Shown: positions 16,521 to 24,253 of the stretch, in pieces
How the letters are laid out: every line of letters begins with the position of its first letter
Numbering within the stretch: the stretch's first letter is position 1
IMG/VR virus record: IMGVR_UViG_3300049172_000049
Coordinates: 1-43,681 of that record
Origin: a virus
Taxonomy: Duplodnaviria; Caudoviricetes
Strand: one strand, 5' to 3'
DNA length: 43,681 nt
Program-made: the position numbers and the translations under genes
The notes under the pieces: model-generated
What the model was told of the DNA's origin: nothing
The model's database searches: none
The model's input: the letters and a program-made list of their open reading frames with translations, nothing else

Positions 16521-17495
16521 TCAGCCGAGGCGGTCGGCCGGGCTGAGACGAGCATGGGCCGAGCGAGCCCGCTCGGCGCCGGCCGACGACGCGTACCGGG
16601 ACAGCATCTGCCGCGACGACCAACCCGTGATCCTCATCAGATCGTCTTCGTTCCCGCCGTTCACCTTCCACAGGTGAGCGAAGGTGTGCCGGAACTGATG
16701 AGGATGGATCGCGTCGATCTCGGCCTCGGCGCACCGCCGCTTGAGCATGGTCCCCACGCCCCAGATGGTGAAGCGGTGCATCTTCTGCCCGCGGTCGCCC
16801 CACCACAGCCACATGTCCTCTTCGAGCGGCTTGCCCTTGTGCTTCGCCGCCGCCCGCAGGTACCGGTCGAGGGCGGTCGCCGCGGTCCGGCCGAACGGCA
16901 CCGACCGCCATTTGTCCTTCTTCCCGAGGACGCGCAGCACCATGAGGTCGAGGTCGAGGTCGGCGACCTTGCGGTCGGTCAGTTCCGACAGCCGCACGCC
17001 CGTGTCGAGGAACAGCAGCAGGATCGCCGTGTCTCGGCGGTCGGCGTACGTCTTGCCCTTGCACACCCGGAACAGCTTGACGAGGTCGGCGTCGGGGATG
17101 ACGGGCACCTCGGTCTCGGTGACCGTCGGCGGTTTCATCGTCCGCATGGGGGTGCGGTCGATCTCTTCCTCGTCGGTGAGCCAGTTGAAGAAGGTTTTCA
17201 GCGCCCGGAAGTGCTGGTGTGCGTTCGCCGGCGACGTACGGGCGATCGTGGCGGCGATGTACGCCTGCACGTGCTCGCGGTGCACCTCGTCGAGTTCGCT
17301 CGGTGCGGGTCGGCCGGGCGTCCCTTCCTCGTCGGCGACCGGCTGATAACCCGCGTCCTGGTCGAGCAGGAACCGCGCGAACGAGTTCACGGCGTTCGCG
17401 TAGATGCGGATGGTGTTGTCTGACTTGTTCTCTGACTTGAGGGCGCGCAGCCACGAGGCAGCCATGGGCCCGATGTTGTACCGCTCATCTGCCAT
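16521..17495 (-). CDS. int: Tyrosine integrase (XerC/D-like, no N-terminal arm-binding domain)
   Basis: DTGVRLSE (R), VLGKKDK (K), HPHQFRH, ITGW and SRY catalytic set. 324 aa, beginning directly with the core-binding domain. Confidence 0.95.
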   Translation of the reverse strand: MADERYNIGPMAASWLRALKSENKSDNTIRIYANAVNSFARFLLDQDAGYQPVADEEGTPGRPAPSELDEVHREHVQAYIAATIARTSPANAHQHFRALKTFFNWLTDEEEIDRTPMRTMKPPTVTETEVPVIPDADLVKLFRVCKGKTYADRRDTAILLLFLDTGVRLSELTDRKVADLDLDLMVLRVLGKKDKWRSVPFGRTAATALDRYLRAAAKHKGKPLEEDMWLWWGDRGQKMHRFTIWGVGTMLKRRCAEAEIDAIHPHQFRHTFAHLWKVNGGNEDDLMRITGWSSRQMLSRYASSAGAERARSAHARLSPADRLG

Positions 17496-17530
17496 GAGAA
17501 TACGATGTGCCCACGATCGTGGACAGTCAA
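17496..17530 (-). promoter_or_regulatory. Leaderless int promoter with operator in the spacer
   Basis: TTGACT(17530-17525)-N17-CATCGT(17507-17502)-6 nt-ATG. Operator TGCCCACGATCGTGGACA at 17508-17525. No SD. Confidence 0.7.
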
Positions 17531-17563
17531 GGCGCTTGGCCCGAAAGCGATGTGCATAGGTCG

Positions 17564-17596
17564 GGAAAAAGAAATGACCAGCGTTTCCGCTGGTCA
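17564..17596 (-). terminator. Intrinsic terminator for the restored host tRNA
   Basis: TGACCAGCG-GAAA-CGCTGGTCA followed by TTTCTTTTT on the minus strand, right after the tRNA 3' end. Confidence 0.85.
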
Positions 17597-17605
17597 GAAG
17601 GCGTT

Positions 17606-17650
17606 TGCGCCCCCGGCAGGACTCGAACCTGCGGCCAAGCGCTTAGAAGG
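17606..17650 (-). other. attP: attP core: 3' half of tRNA-Arg(UCU)
   Basis: Minus strand CCTTCTAAGCGCTTGGCCGCAGGTTCGAGTCCTGCCGGGGGCGCA contains the anticodon loop CTTCTAA, T-arm and acceptor 3' strand. The 5' half is absent. Confidence 0.9.
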
Positions 17651-17771
17651 TGTACGAGGTTTAGCGATGTGCTCACCTGCGTTTATGCAGGTCGCCTCAG
17701 ACCACACTAAAGAAAGGCGCTTGGCCTGAGATTCTTTGGACTTTGACGCGATCCGAGCGGCTGAACGTAGC

Positions 17772-17905
17772 CCGCCCCGGTCGCCACTGTACGGGCGTCC
17801 GGGGCGGTCAGGGTGCGGCTCCGTGCTTTGGACGGAACGGGCCTCGCGCGTGAGGGACCTACCGCACCCGCATGGGGGCACCGGTTAACCATGGCTAACC
17901 GGTGC
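17772..17905. ncRNA. Candidate structured ncRNA in the attP arm
   Basis: Hairpin 17772-17807, three-way junction closed by 17811-17818/17862-17869, palindrome 17878-17905. No convincing ORF. Confidence 0.35.
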
Positions 17906-17953
17906 GTGAGGGTGATCCCCTGATCGTTGCATATGCCAAACACAGCGCAAAAT

Positions 17954-17969
17954 TCGAACCTCGGTTCGA
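17954..17969. promoter_or_regulatory. Second LexA (SOS) box
   Basis: TCGAAC-CTCG-GTTCGA, perfect consensus in an AT-rich intergenic patch. Confidence 0.75.
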
Positions 17970-17981
17970 ATATTGAGCGGA

Positions 17982-18022
17982 TCGCCCGGCGGGACGTCGG
18001 GGGAGCGTCGACCGCCGGGCGA
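17982..18022 (-). terminator. Hairpin ending the accessory operon
   Basis: TCGCCCGGCGG...CCGCCGGGCGA 11-bp outer stem just after the stop at 18028. Confidence 0.6.
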
Positions 18023-18027
18023 CCCTG

Positions 18028-18666
18028 TCATCGGGAGCGCGCGAGTTCGCGCTGCAGGTCGACGCGCGTGCAGCCGTGCAGGGAGCGCACGAGCTGCCCG
18101 GCGAGCACCCACCGTGCGGCCGCCGTGCCGTAGGCGACGACGTCCTTATTCGCGGTGCGCACCGGGTGCCCGAACGCCGACGACGACCAGATGCGCCCGT
18201 ACACCGCGCACACCTCGCTGTTGCGGACGCGTAGGGCGACGCTGCTGTCGACGAGGTGCGGGCACTGCTCGACCGCCTTGCGCGCGCACGGCAGGCACAG
18301 CGGCGGGTGCGTCGTCATCAGGTTCTCGGGCCACCCGTTCCAATCGCCCCGGTTGTCCTCGACCACCCACAGCACGCCGCCGTTCCGGTCGCGATCGGCC
18401 GGCCGCCCGCACACCTGACACATGAGGTACTGCATCGCCACGCGCTGTCGCTCCGGGTGCACCTCGCCGTACCGCGGGCGGCCGACGCCCTGCGCGAGGG
18501 CGCGGCCGTTCCACAGCACGCCGAATTGGTCGCGATCCTCGGGCGCCTCGTCGACGAATGCGATGCCGCCCCGCCCCGAGTACACAACCCTGCGGGTGTG
18601 CCGCTGCTCGCCGCTCCATGCCGCGATGAACGGGACGACGTCCGGCCGGGCCGGCGCCGCCTTCAC
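18028..18666 (-). CDS. Putative Zn-binding hypothetical protein
   Basis: VPFIAAWSGE...VHPERQRVAMQYLMCQVCG...HPPLCLPCA...CPHL. Confidence 0.8.
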   Translation of the reverse strand: MKAAPARPDVVPFIAAWSGEQRHTRRVVYSGRGGIAFVDEAPEDRDQFGVLWNGRALAQGVGRPRYGEVHPERQRVAMQYLMCQVCGRPADRDRNGGVLWVVEDNRGDWNGWPENLMTTHPPLCLPCARKAVEQCPHLVDSSVALRVRNSEVCAVYGRIWSSSAFGHPVRTANKDVVAYGTAAARWVLAGQLVRSLHGCTRVDLQRELARSR

Positions 18667-19151
18667 GACGCACACCCGAGGGGGCGGCCGACGCGGGCGA
18701 CAGCGAAGTGCAGGCGACCGGCCTCGCGGCCGTGATTCCGGTACTCGTCGACCTCGGCGACCGTGGCGACTTGCGACAGCTCGTCGAGCCCGACCGCGAG
18801 CAGAGCGCCGCCGGACTGTTCGAGCCCGCGCACCCATCTGAGGTGCTGCACCTTGAGCGCGTAGCCGGTCTCTGGGAACCACAGCAGCGCTACGCCGCCG
18901 CTGATGGTGAGCCGCGCGCCGACGTCGGGTACGGACTCGCCAACCGGAATGGCGCCGAGGGACTGCGCCACCTGCCGCATGGTGGCCTCGACGGCGGCCG
19001 GGTCGACCTCGTCGAACTGCGGCGCGGGGTAGGTGATCATCAGACAGGGGATCGGCTCGCCGTTGTCCGTCTGTTCGAGCCACGTTCGCACGTTGACCGA
19101 CATGAGCGTCGAGAGGGGCAGAGCCTCGGCGACCGGCGCCTCGGTGGTCAT
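18663..19151 (-). CDS. Hypothetical protein
   Basis: 162 aa, ATGA/GTGA overlaps. Confidence 0.75.
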   Translation of the reverse strand: MTTEAPVAEALPLSTLMSVNVRTWLEQTDNGEPIPCLMITYPAPQFDEVDPAAVEATMRQVAQSLGAIPVGESVPDVGARLTISGGVALLWFPETGYALKVQHLRWVRGLEQSGGALLAVGLDELSQVATVAEVDEYRNHGREAGRLHFAVARVGRPLGCAS

Positions 19152-19687
19152 CGGGTGCCGTCCATGGCCATACTCGCGCCGGCAGCCGCGAACGCCTCGT
19201 ACAGCGCCATGCCGTCCGTGAGCGCGGTGCCCGGTGGCACGATCCACGATCGGGCGTTCAGCGTGTGCGGGACGACAACGGCGGGCGGCGGTACCCGCAA
19301 CAGCTCGCCCTCGGCGACGACGGTCGCGTCGTCCTGGTCCCACCCGGCGGCCGAGCCGAGCGGCACGAGCACCTCGACGTACGCCTCGGTGTGCAGCACG
19401 GGCCCGACCTCGACGCCCGCAGTGCGCAGCGCCGTGACCGTACGCCACCCGTGCGACCGGTCCATGCGGACGACGTCCCATGCCTTGCCCGCGGGCAGCT
19501 CGGCGAGCTGCCCCTGATCCCACGCTGCGAGGGTCTGCGACACGCTCGCGCCGCTGTCCCTGATCCAGTCGACGGACACGAATCCGTCGAACCCGCCGGC
19601 CGCCGCGGCGAGGTTCGCTCGGCGGATGTGGTCCTGTGTGGTGCGTCCTGTCGGTGCGCTCTGCGGCAGCGCGTCATTCGTCGTCAT
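19148..19687 (-). CDS. Hypothetical protein resembling degenerate prim-pol-fold proteins of streptomycetes
   Basis: ELPAGKAWDVVRM...GPVL...VLVPLGSAAGW...LRVPPP...SWIVPPG...LTD, no DxD motif. Confidence 0.6.
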   Translation of the reverse strand: MTTNDALPQSAPTGRTTQDHIRRANLAAAAGGFDGFVSVDWIRDSGASVSQTLAAWDQGQLAELPAGKAWDVVRMDRSHGWRTVTALRTAGVEVGPVLHTEAYVEVLVPLGSAAGWDQDDATVVAEGELLRVPPPAVVVPHTLNARSWIVPPGTALTDGMALYEAFAAAGASMAMDGTR

Positions 19688-19688
19688 G

Positions 19689-19952
19689 TCACTCGCTCCG
19701 CTCGGGAGTAGTCGGGGGAATCGACTCGACGAGCAGTCGCCCGAGTTCGGCGTGCAGCATTTCGGCGTCGGCGTTCGTCAGCACGAGGTCGCCCTCGCCG
19801 ACTCGGTCGCCGTCCTTGCCCACGGTGAGCGGGATCGCGATACGTCCGGCCGCCGTACGCCGTAACGATCCGATGCGGTCGATGCGTACTCCCTGCGAGG
19901 GGTTCGCGGTCACGCCGACACTCCCTCGCCGAACTCGCTGAGTCGTCGTCAT
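19689..19952 (-). CDS. Hypothetical protein, probably leaderless
   Basis: TACGGT -10 hexamer 7 nt before ATG 19952, 87 aa. Confidence 0.65.
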   Translation of the reverse strand: MTTTQRVRRGSVGVTANPSQGVRIDRIGSLRRTAAGRIAIPLTVGKDGDRVGEGDLVLTNADAEMLHAELGRLLVESIPPTTPERSE

Positions 19953-19976
19953 GACACGGACCGTAGAAGGGAAACG

Positions 19977-20013
19977 ACAAGGCGACCCGGAAGAAAATTC
20001 CGGGTCGCCTTGT
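19977..20013. repeat. Perfect 16-bp inverted repeat (operator or terminator)
   Basis: ACAAGGCGACCCGGAA-GAAAA-TTCCGGGTCGCCTTGT, with an extra TTCCGGGT at 20015-20022. Confidence 0.75.
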
Positions 20014-20056
20014 GTTCCGGGTGCATCAACTCCGGGCGGCCGAGCGCCCGTTCGAG

Positions 20057-21289
20057 CTACGCGAGCACGCCGACGTGCTCGGCGATGCGGTGCACATCGC
20101 CGCGCATCTGCGGGCGCGGCCGCTTCAAGAGCGCCTGCACAGCCTCGCGCACGAGCGGAAAGTACCTGATCTCTTCCGGCGACGCTTCCATGATCTGTTT
20201 GAGCATGTACAGCGTGCCGAAGTCGTCGCCGGTCAGCCGGTGCGAGTGCATGACCTCGACGAGGTACCGCGTCGTCCGTTCGAGCGGCAGCACGCCGCCG
20301 GGCTCGGGCACCTCGACGTCGTCGGCAAGGCGCAGCGCCTCGGCCGCGTCGCCTTCCTCGGCGGCGAGGTGCACGCCGTGCATGGCGACGTTGGTCGGGC
20401 CGAACGAGGTGTGAAAGTCGTTCCGGTCGACACCGAGCCGCCGAGCGACAGTGCTCGCCTGCGACAGCAGATCCCATGCCGTCGGCGCCTTGCTGTCCCG
20501 AATGGCGGCGATGACCGCGGCGAGGTGCAGCGCACCGTACGCCGACAGGTGCTCGGGGGTGGCGTCGTCGCCCGGCCGGCAGTGCTCGATCGTCGTGCGC
20601 GCGAGGTCGAGCGAGTCGGCGACCTCGCCACTCGACGTGAGGATGCCGCACACGTTCCATGCCGAGGCGGCGATCAGGGCGGGGTCGCCCGTGCTGTCGG
20701 CGATCTGCATCGCCCGGTCGGCGGCGCGCAGCGACAGCTTGCGCTCGCCGACGCGCCGCAAGAACACCTGATGCAGGTGCAGCAGCGAGACGAGCGCGCG
20801 AGTCGCGTCGAGTTCGGCCTCGCCGCTCGTGGCGCGCAGCGTGGCGTACGCCTCGGCGAGCAGTCCGGGCAGCATGCCGCCGACGGGCGCGTACCGCTCG
20901 GTCTCGGTCTCGTAGATGCCCCACGCCTCGACGACTCGCTCGGCGAGCTGCGGCGCGGTGTACGGGTCGCCGGGCAGCCCGAGCCCGAGGTGCGACGGCG
21001 GAGTGTTCAGCGCGCGCCGGATCGCGGGCACCGAGGGGTGCTCGGGTCCGCCGACGAGGCTTAGGTCGATCGCCGAGCCGACGAGGTCGGCGACGTTGTC
21101 GAGGTTCAGCTCGCGGGCGATCCGGATGAGCATGGACAGGGAGTCGATACGGATGATGTTCCGCTCGACCTTGCTGAGCCAATCCTCGGACCGACCGACG
21201 AGACCGGCGAGGGCGGACTGTGGCTTGCCGACCTTGAGGCGGTAGTACCTGATCCGCTCCCCGGTCGTCATGACAGATGGATTGATCAT
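20057..21289 (-). CDS. XRE-family HTH regulator with C-terminal TPR-like helical domain
   Basis: TGERIRYYR...QSALAGLVGRSEDWLSKVER, GALHL, TSFGPTNV motif. SD AAGGGG. Confidence 0.88.
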   Translation of the reverse strand: MINPSVMTTGERIRYYRLKVGKPQSALAGLVGRSEDWLSKVERNIIRIDSLSMLIRIARELNLDNVADLVGSAIDLSLVGGPEHPSVPAIRRALNTPPSHLGLGLPGDPYTAPQLAERVVEAWGIYETETERYAPVGGMLPGLLAEAYATLRATSGEAELDATRALVSLLHLHQVFLRRVGERKLSLRAADRAMQIADSTGDPALIAASAWNVCGILTSSGEVADSLDLARTTIEHCRPGDDATPEHLSAYGALHLAAVIAAIRDSKAPTAWDLLSQASTVARRLGVDRNDFHTSFGPTNVAMHGVHLAAEEGDAAEALRLADDVEVPEPGGVLPLERTTRYLVEVMHSHRLTGDDFGTLYMLKQIMEASPEEIRYFPLVREAVQALLKRPRPQMRGDVHRIAEHVGVLA

Positions 21290-21435
21290 GGATTCCCCTT
21301 GCTGGGCGTAGAGCACTCGTCAACCAGCGTACGGCCGTGACGGGTTGATGCGCTTGGGTCATACTGGGAATCGCCCCTTCGGGGAGCACTCACCCGGCCC
21401 TCGCCGTGCACCGCGGCGGGGGCCGACAAACGCAC

Positions 21436-21475
21436 AAAAGCGCCCCTGCCCGGCCGTTAGGCCAGACAGGGGCGC
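21436..21475 (-). terminator. Late-operon intrinsic terminator
   Basis: GCGCCCCTG...CAGGGGCGC stem followed by TTTTGT on the minus strand. Confidence 0.8.
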
Positions 21476-21482
21476 AGTGCTG

Positions 21483-22175
21483 TCATGCGATGCGGCGGCG
21501 CTCGGCAGGCAGCCCGAGCAGCGTCGACGACGGGCTCGGCGACGGGTCGCTCGGCTGCGGGGCGCCGTCGCGCCTGCAGACGAGGGCGTCGGGATCCCAT
21601 GACGGCGCCTGCAGGCTGTACCCGTCCGGGCATGTCTGCCCGTCGCGTCCGTCGGTTCCGTCCTCGCCGTCCTCGCCGTTCTGCCCGTCTTGCCCGGCCG
21701 GTCCGTCGGGACCGGGTGGGCCGGCGGGACCGGTAGGACCGACCGGCCCCTGCGGACCGGTGACCGTGTCGCCGGGATCGCCCTGCGGCCCGGTTGCTCC
21801 GGGCGCCGGGGTGATCGTGGGCGCCGCCTTGCCGGGCTCGCCCTGCGGTCCGCGAGGACCGGCCGGACCGGGGATCGGTACCGGCACCTCGGCCCGCCGC
21901 GGTAGATCCTCGACCGCCCGCGCCGGGTCCGGCGCGGCCGGCGTCTTTCCCTCGGCCTTGATCTGCTCGCGCAGCACCCGCACGTCGCCGGCGAGCGTCG
22001 TCACCGCGTCGCCGCGCAGGTTCGCCTCGGCGATCGCCTCCCTACGGGCGGACGACTCGGCGTCGATGCGGAGCCACACGAGGACAACCGCACCCGACAG
22101 CACGAGCAGCACGGCGGCGACCGCGAGCGACCGCCACCGCTGCGCGAGGATCGGCTGAGCATGACGTCGCGTCAC
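21483..22175 (-). CDS. Membrane-anchored collagen-like protein (lysis cassette)
   Basis: N-terminal TM, coiled coil, Gly-X-Y repeats, C-terminal CPDGY...LVC. Confidence 0.85.
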   Translation of the reverse strand: MTRRHAQPILAQRWRSLAVAAVLLVLSGAVVLVWLRIDAESSARREAIAEANLRGDAVTTLAGDVRVLREQIKAEGKTPAAPDPARAVEDLPRRAEVPVPIPGPAGPRGPQGEPGKAAPTITPAPGATGPQGDPGDTVTGPQGPVGPTGPAGPPGPDGPAGQDGQNGEDGEDGTDGRDGQTCPDGYSLQAPSWDPDALVCRRDGAPQPSDPSPSPSSTLLGLPAERRRIA

Positions 22176-22504
22176 GTGGGTTGCCCTCCAAGCTCGACGA
22201 TCCGGTCGCGTAGCTGCCTGTTCTCGCTCGTGAGCGCCGTGATCTGTCCCTGCAGCGCCGCTTTGTCGGCGCGCTCACTGGCGAGTTCGGCGTACGCCGC
22301 GGCGAGCTTCACATCGTTCTCGGAGATCTGCCGCGCGAGCTTGTCTCGCTCTTCCTGCAGGTTGTCGACGAGCGTCGAGTACCCGCCGAGCACGGCGCCG
22401 GACTGCGAGGCAGCGTTCGCCCCGCGGTGTCCGATCAGTGCAGCGGCGGCCGCCGCGAGCCCGACGACGATCACGCCGACCGCGCTGAGCGTCGCAGCGT
22501 CCAC
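22172..22504 (-). CDS. TM plus coiled-coil lysis-cassette protein
   Basis: N-terminal hydrophobic helix followed by heptad repeats. Confidence 0.8.
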   Translation of the reverse strand: MDAATLSAVGVIVVGLAAAAAALIGHRGANAASQSGAVLGGYSTLVDNLQEERDKLARQISENDVKLAAAYAELASERADKAALQGQITALTSENRQLRDRIVELGGQPT

Positions 22505-22556
22505 GCGCTACCTCCGGGTTGTGCAGTGGGGTGTGACCGGGGCCGTAAGGCCGGTG

Positions 22557-22877
22557 TCACCCGCTCGTCGAGTCGCCGCCGAGGTACCGCGCGCCGTCGA
22601 CCGGTTCGAGCGCCTCGAACCTGGGATAGGCCGGCGGCCGCGCCCACCCGAGGAACACACCCGCGAGGTTCTGCAGGAACGTGCCCGACAGCCGCTCGCC
22701 GAGCAGTTCGAGCAGCCTGAACACGAGGTAGTACGCGATGCCGGCCGCGACGGTCACGGCGGCCGTGACGGTGGTCGAGTCGATGTCGAACCCGGCGCGT
22801 GCGACCAAGGCGAGCAGCAGCCCGACGAGGTACGGCACGGCGGTTCTCATGAACGAGACGAACAGACCAGTAGGCAT
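22557..22877 (-). CDS. Holin-like membrane protein
   Basis: MRTAVPYLVGLLLAL...YYLVFRLLE...FLGWARPPAY, 2-3 TM, after the endolysin. Confidence 0.75.
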   Translation of the reverse strand: MPTGLFVSFMRTAVPYLVGLLLALVARAGFDIDSTTVTAAVTVAAGIAYYLVFRLLELLGERLSGTFLQNLAGVFLGWARPPAYPRFEALEPVDGARYLGGDSTSG

Positions 22878-22912
22878 AGCGGATCCGTTTCTGACGATCG
22901 AATGTTGACGGT

Positions 22913-22954
22913 CAGTAACCGGATCGGGTGGAGCTCCACTCGATCCGGTTACTG
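22913..22954. repeat. 42-bp near-perfect palindrome between endolysin and holin
   Basis: CAGTAACCGGATCGGGTGGAG|CTCCACTCGATCCGGTTACTG, one mismatch, no spacer. Confidence 0.85.
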
Positions 22955-22979
22955 TGTGTGCTACTTCGGGGAGTTGAGG

Positions 22980-23906
22980 TCAGGCGACGACGGTGAACCC
23001 GTGCGCCGCGCCGAGCCGCTTGAGCGACGTCATGCCGGGCAGCCCGTCGGCGTCGGCGCCGCTGTAGCCGTAGCGGCGCTGCAGCAGCGCGTACGCGCTC
23101 TTCGTGGCCGTTCCGGCGTGCCCGTCGGCGTACTGCTTCGCGAGCAGCCCCTCGGACACGAGGGCATCCTCGACGTACTCGACGGCGGCGTACGAGACCG
23201 GCGTGCCGCTCCTCGGCGGGTCCGCCTTGAACGCCTTCACGAGCTTGCCGAGGCTGACGACCTTCTTCGTCGACGTGCCCGCGGGCAGCTTGAGTTCCTT
23301 GCCCGCGGCGAGCTTGTCGACGTCCTTGATCCCGTTCAGGCCGGCGAGAACCTTGACGGTCGTCTTGTGCGCGGCGGCGATCTCGCCGAGGGTGTCGCCG
23401 GCCTTGACGGTGTACGTCGACGAGGACGTCGCCGACCCCGAGCTGCTGCTCGCCGCCTTGTACTTGGGACGCCCGTACCCGGCGATGTCCGCCTCGGTCC
23501 GCACCCTGCGCGCGCAGATGTTCGCGGTGTTGCCCTCGATCGTGTAGACGAGGCTGCCCGACACCGAGGTCACGATGCCGACGTGATCGATCTTCCCGAT
23601 CTCGTTCGTGCCCGACCAGTCAAAGAACACGATGTCACCGCGCTTGATCCCCTTCGTACCGGCGTGCCACTGACCGGCCGTCTTGAAGCGCTGCGCGTGC
23701 GCCACGGTGTACGCGTAGTCGGTGCCGAAGCACACCGCCTCGTACTCGCCCGACTCGACCGCGGCGCGGGTGATCGTGGCGTTGCACCACGGGAAGTTGT
23801 AGGCGTACGCCGAGCCGTTGCGCTCGCGGTACCAAGTCTGTATCGCGTTCGGCTCGCGGGTGCCGATCCACCGCTCGACCGCCCTGATCATCGTGTCGAC
23901 GCTCAT
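22980..23906 (-). CDS. Endolysin: CHAP + LysM + peptidoglycan-binding domain
   Basis: FPWCNA, GDIVFFDW, DHVGIV, TIEGNT; YTVKAGDTLGEIA (LysM); ADGHAGTAT...ADGLPG. Confidence 0.92.
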   Translation of the reverse strand: MSVDTMIRAVERWIGTREPNAIQTWYRERNGSAYAYNFPWCNATITRAAVESGEYEAVCFGTDYAYTVAHAQRFKTAGQWHAGTKGIKRGDIVFFDWSGTNEIGKIDHVGIVTSVSGSLVYTIEGNTANICARRVRTEADIAGYGRPKYKAASSSSGSATSSSTYTVKAGDTLGEIAAAHKTTVKVLAGLNGIKDVDKLAAGKELKLPAGTSTKKVVSLGKLVKAFKADPPRSGTPVSYAAVEYVEDALVSEGLLAKQYADGHAGTATKSAYALLQRRYGYSGADADGLPGMTSLKRLGAAHGFTVVA

Positions 23907-24175
23907 GCGGACGCGCCCCCCTTCGCGGTGTCGTCGCCCTCGGCGGTTGCGTCCTGGTCGACGCCGTCGCCGTCCTCGGCGGGCTCGTCGACCGCCTCGT
24001 CGCCGACGGTCTCGGGGCCGGTGTAGAACCCGGCCATGTCCGGGGCGCCGTGCACCTGCGCGAGCAGCGCCTGCTCGTCGTCGACGGTCGGGCCGTTGCC
24101 GGTCCGCACGAGGTGCTGCGCCTGCTCTTCCTGGTCGCCGAGCCGCTCGGGGATCGGCCGGTCTGTGTCACCCAT
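23903..24175 (-). CDS. Small acidic hypothetical protein
   Basis: SD AAGGGG, ATGA overlap with the endolysin. Confidence 0.75.
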   Translation of the reverse strand: MGDTDRPIPERLGDQEEQAQHLVRTGNGPTVDDEQALLAQVHGAPDMAGFYTGPETVGDEAVDEPAEDGDGVDQDATAEGDDTAKGGASA

Positions 24176-24197
24176 GGGTGAGCCCCTTCCTGGGCAT

Positions 24198-24228
24198 GAA
24201 AAATGCCCCTGCCGTGTCGGCGAGGGGC
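24198..24228 (-). terminator. Terminator after the tail genes
   Basis: GCCCCTCGCCG-ACA-CGGCAGGGGC then ATTTTTC on the minus strand. Confidence 0.7.
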
Positions 24229-24253
24229 GAGCGTGAGGTACGGCGGCGTCGGG

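Noticed and set aside
17606-17690. Complete tRNA gene
   Set aside because: Only the 3' half is present. The upstream TACAC cannot pair with GCGCT and there is no D-arm, so it is an att core.
17594-17943. Protein-coding ORFs across the attP arm
   Set aside because: Atypical codon usage, no SD, and overlap with att repeats and RNA-like structures.
19950-21480. Arbitrium-like peptide gene beside the XRE-TPR regulator
   Set aside because: No small ORF with a signal peptide and SD was found on either side.
21640-21880. Repetitive DNA in the collagen-like gene, and GAC/GGC tracts at 3340-3400 and 38150-38240
   Set aside because: Explained by Gly-X-Y and acidic protein repeats, with a period that is a multiple of 3.
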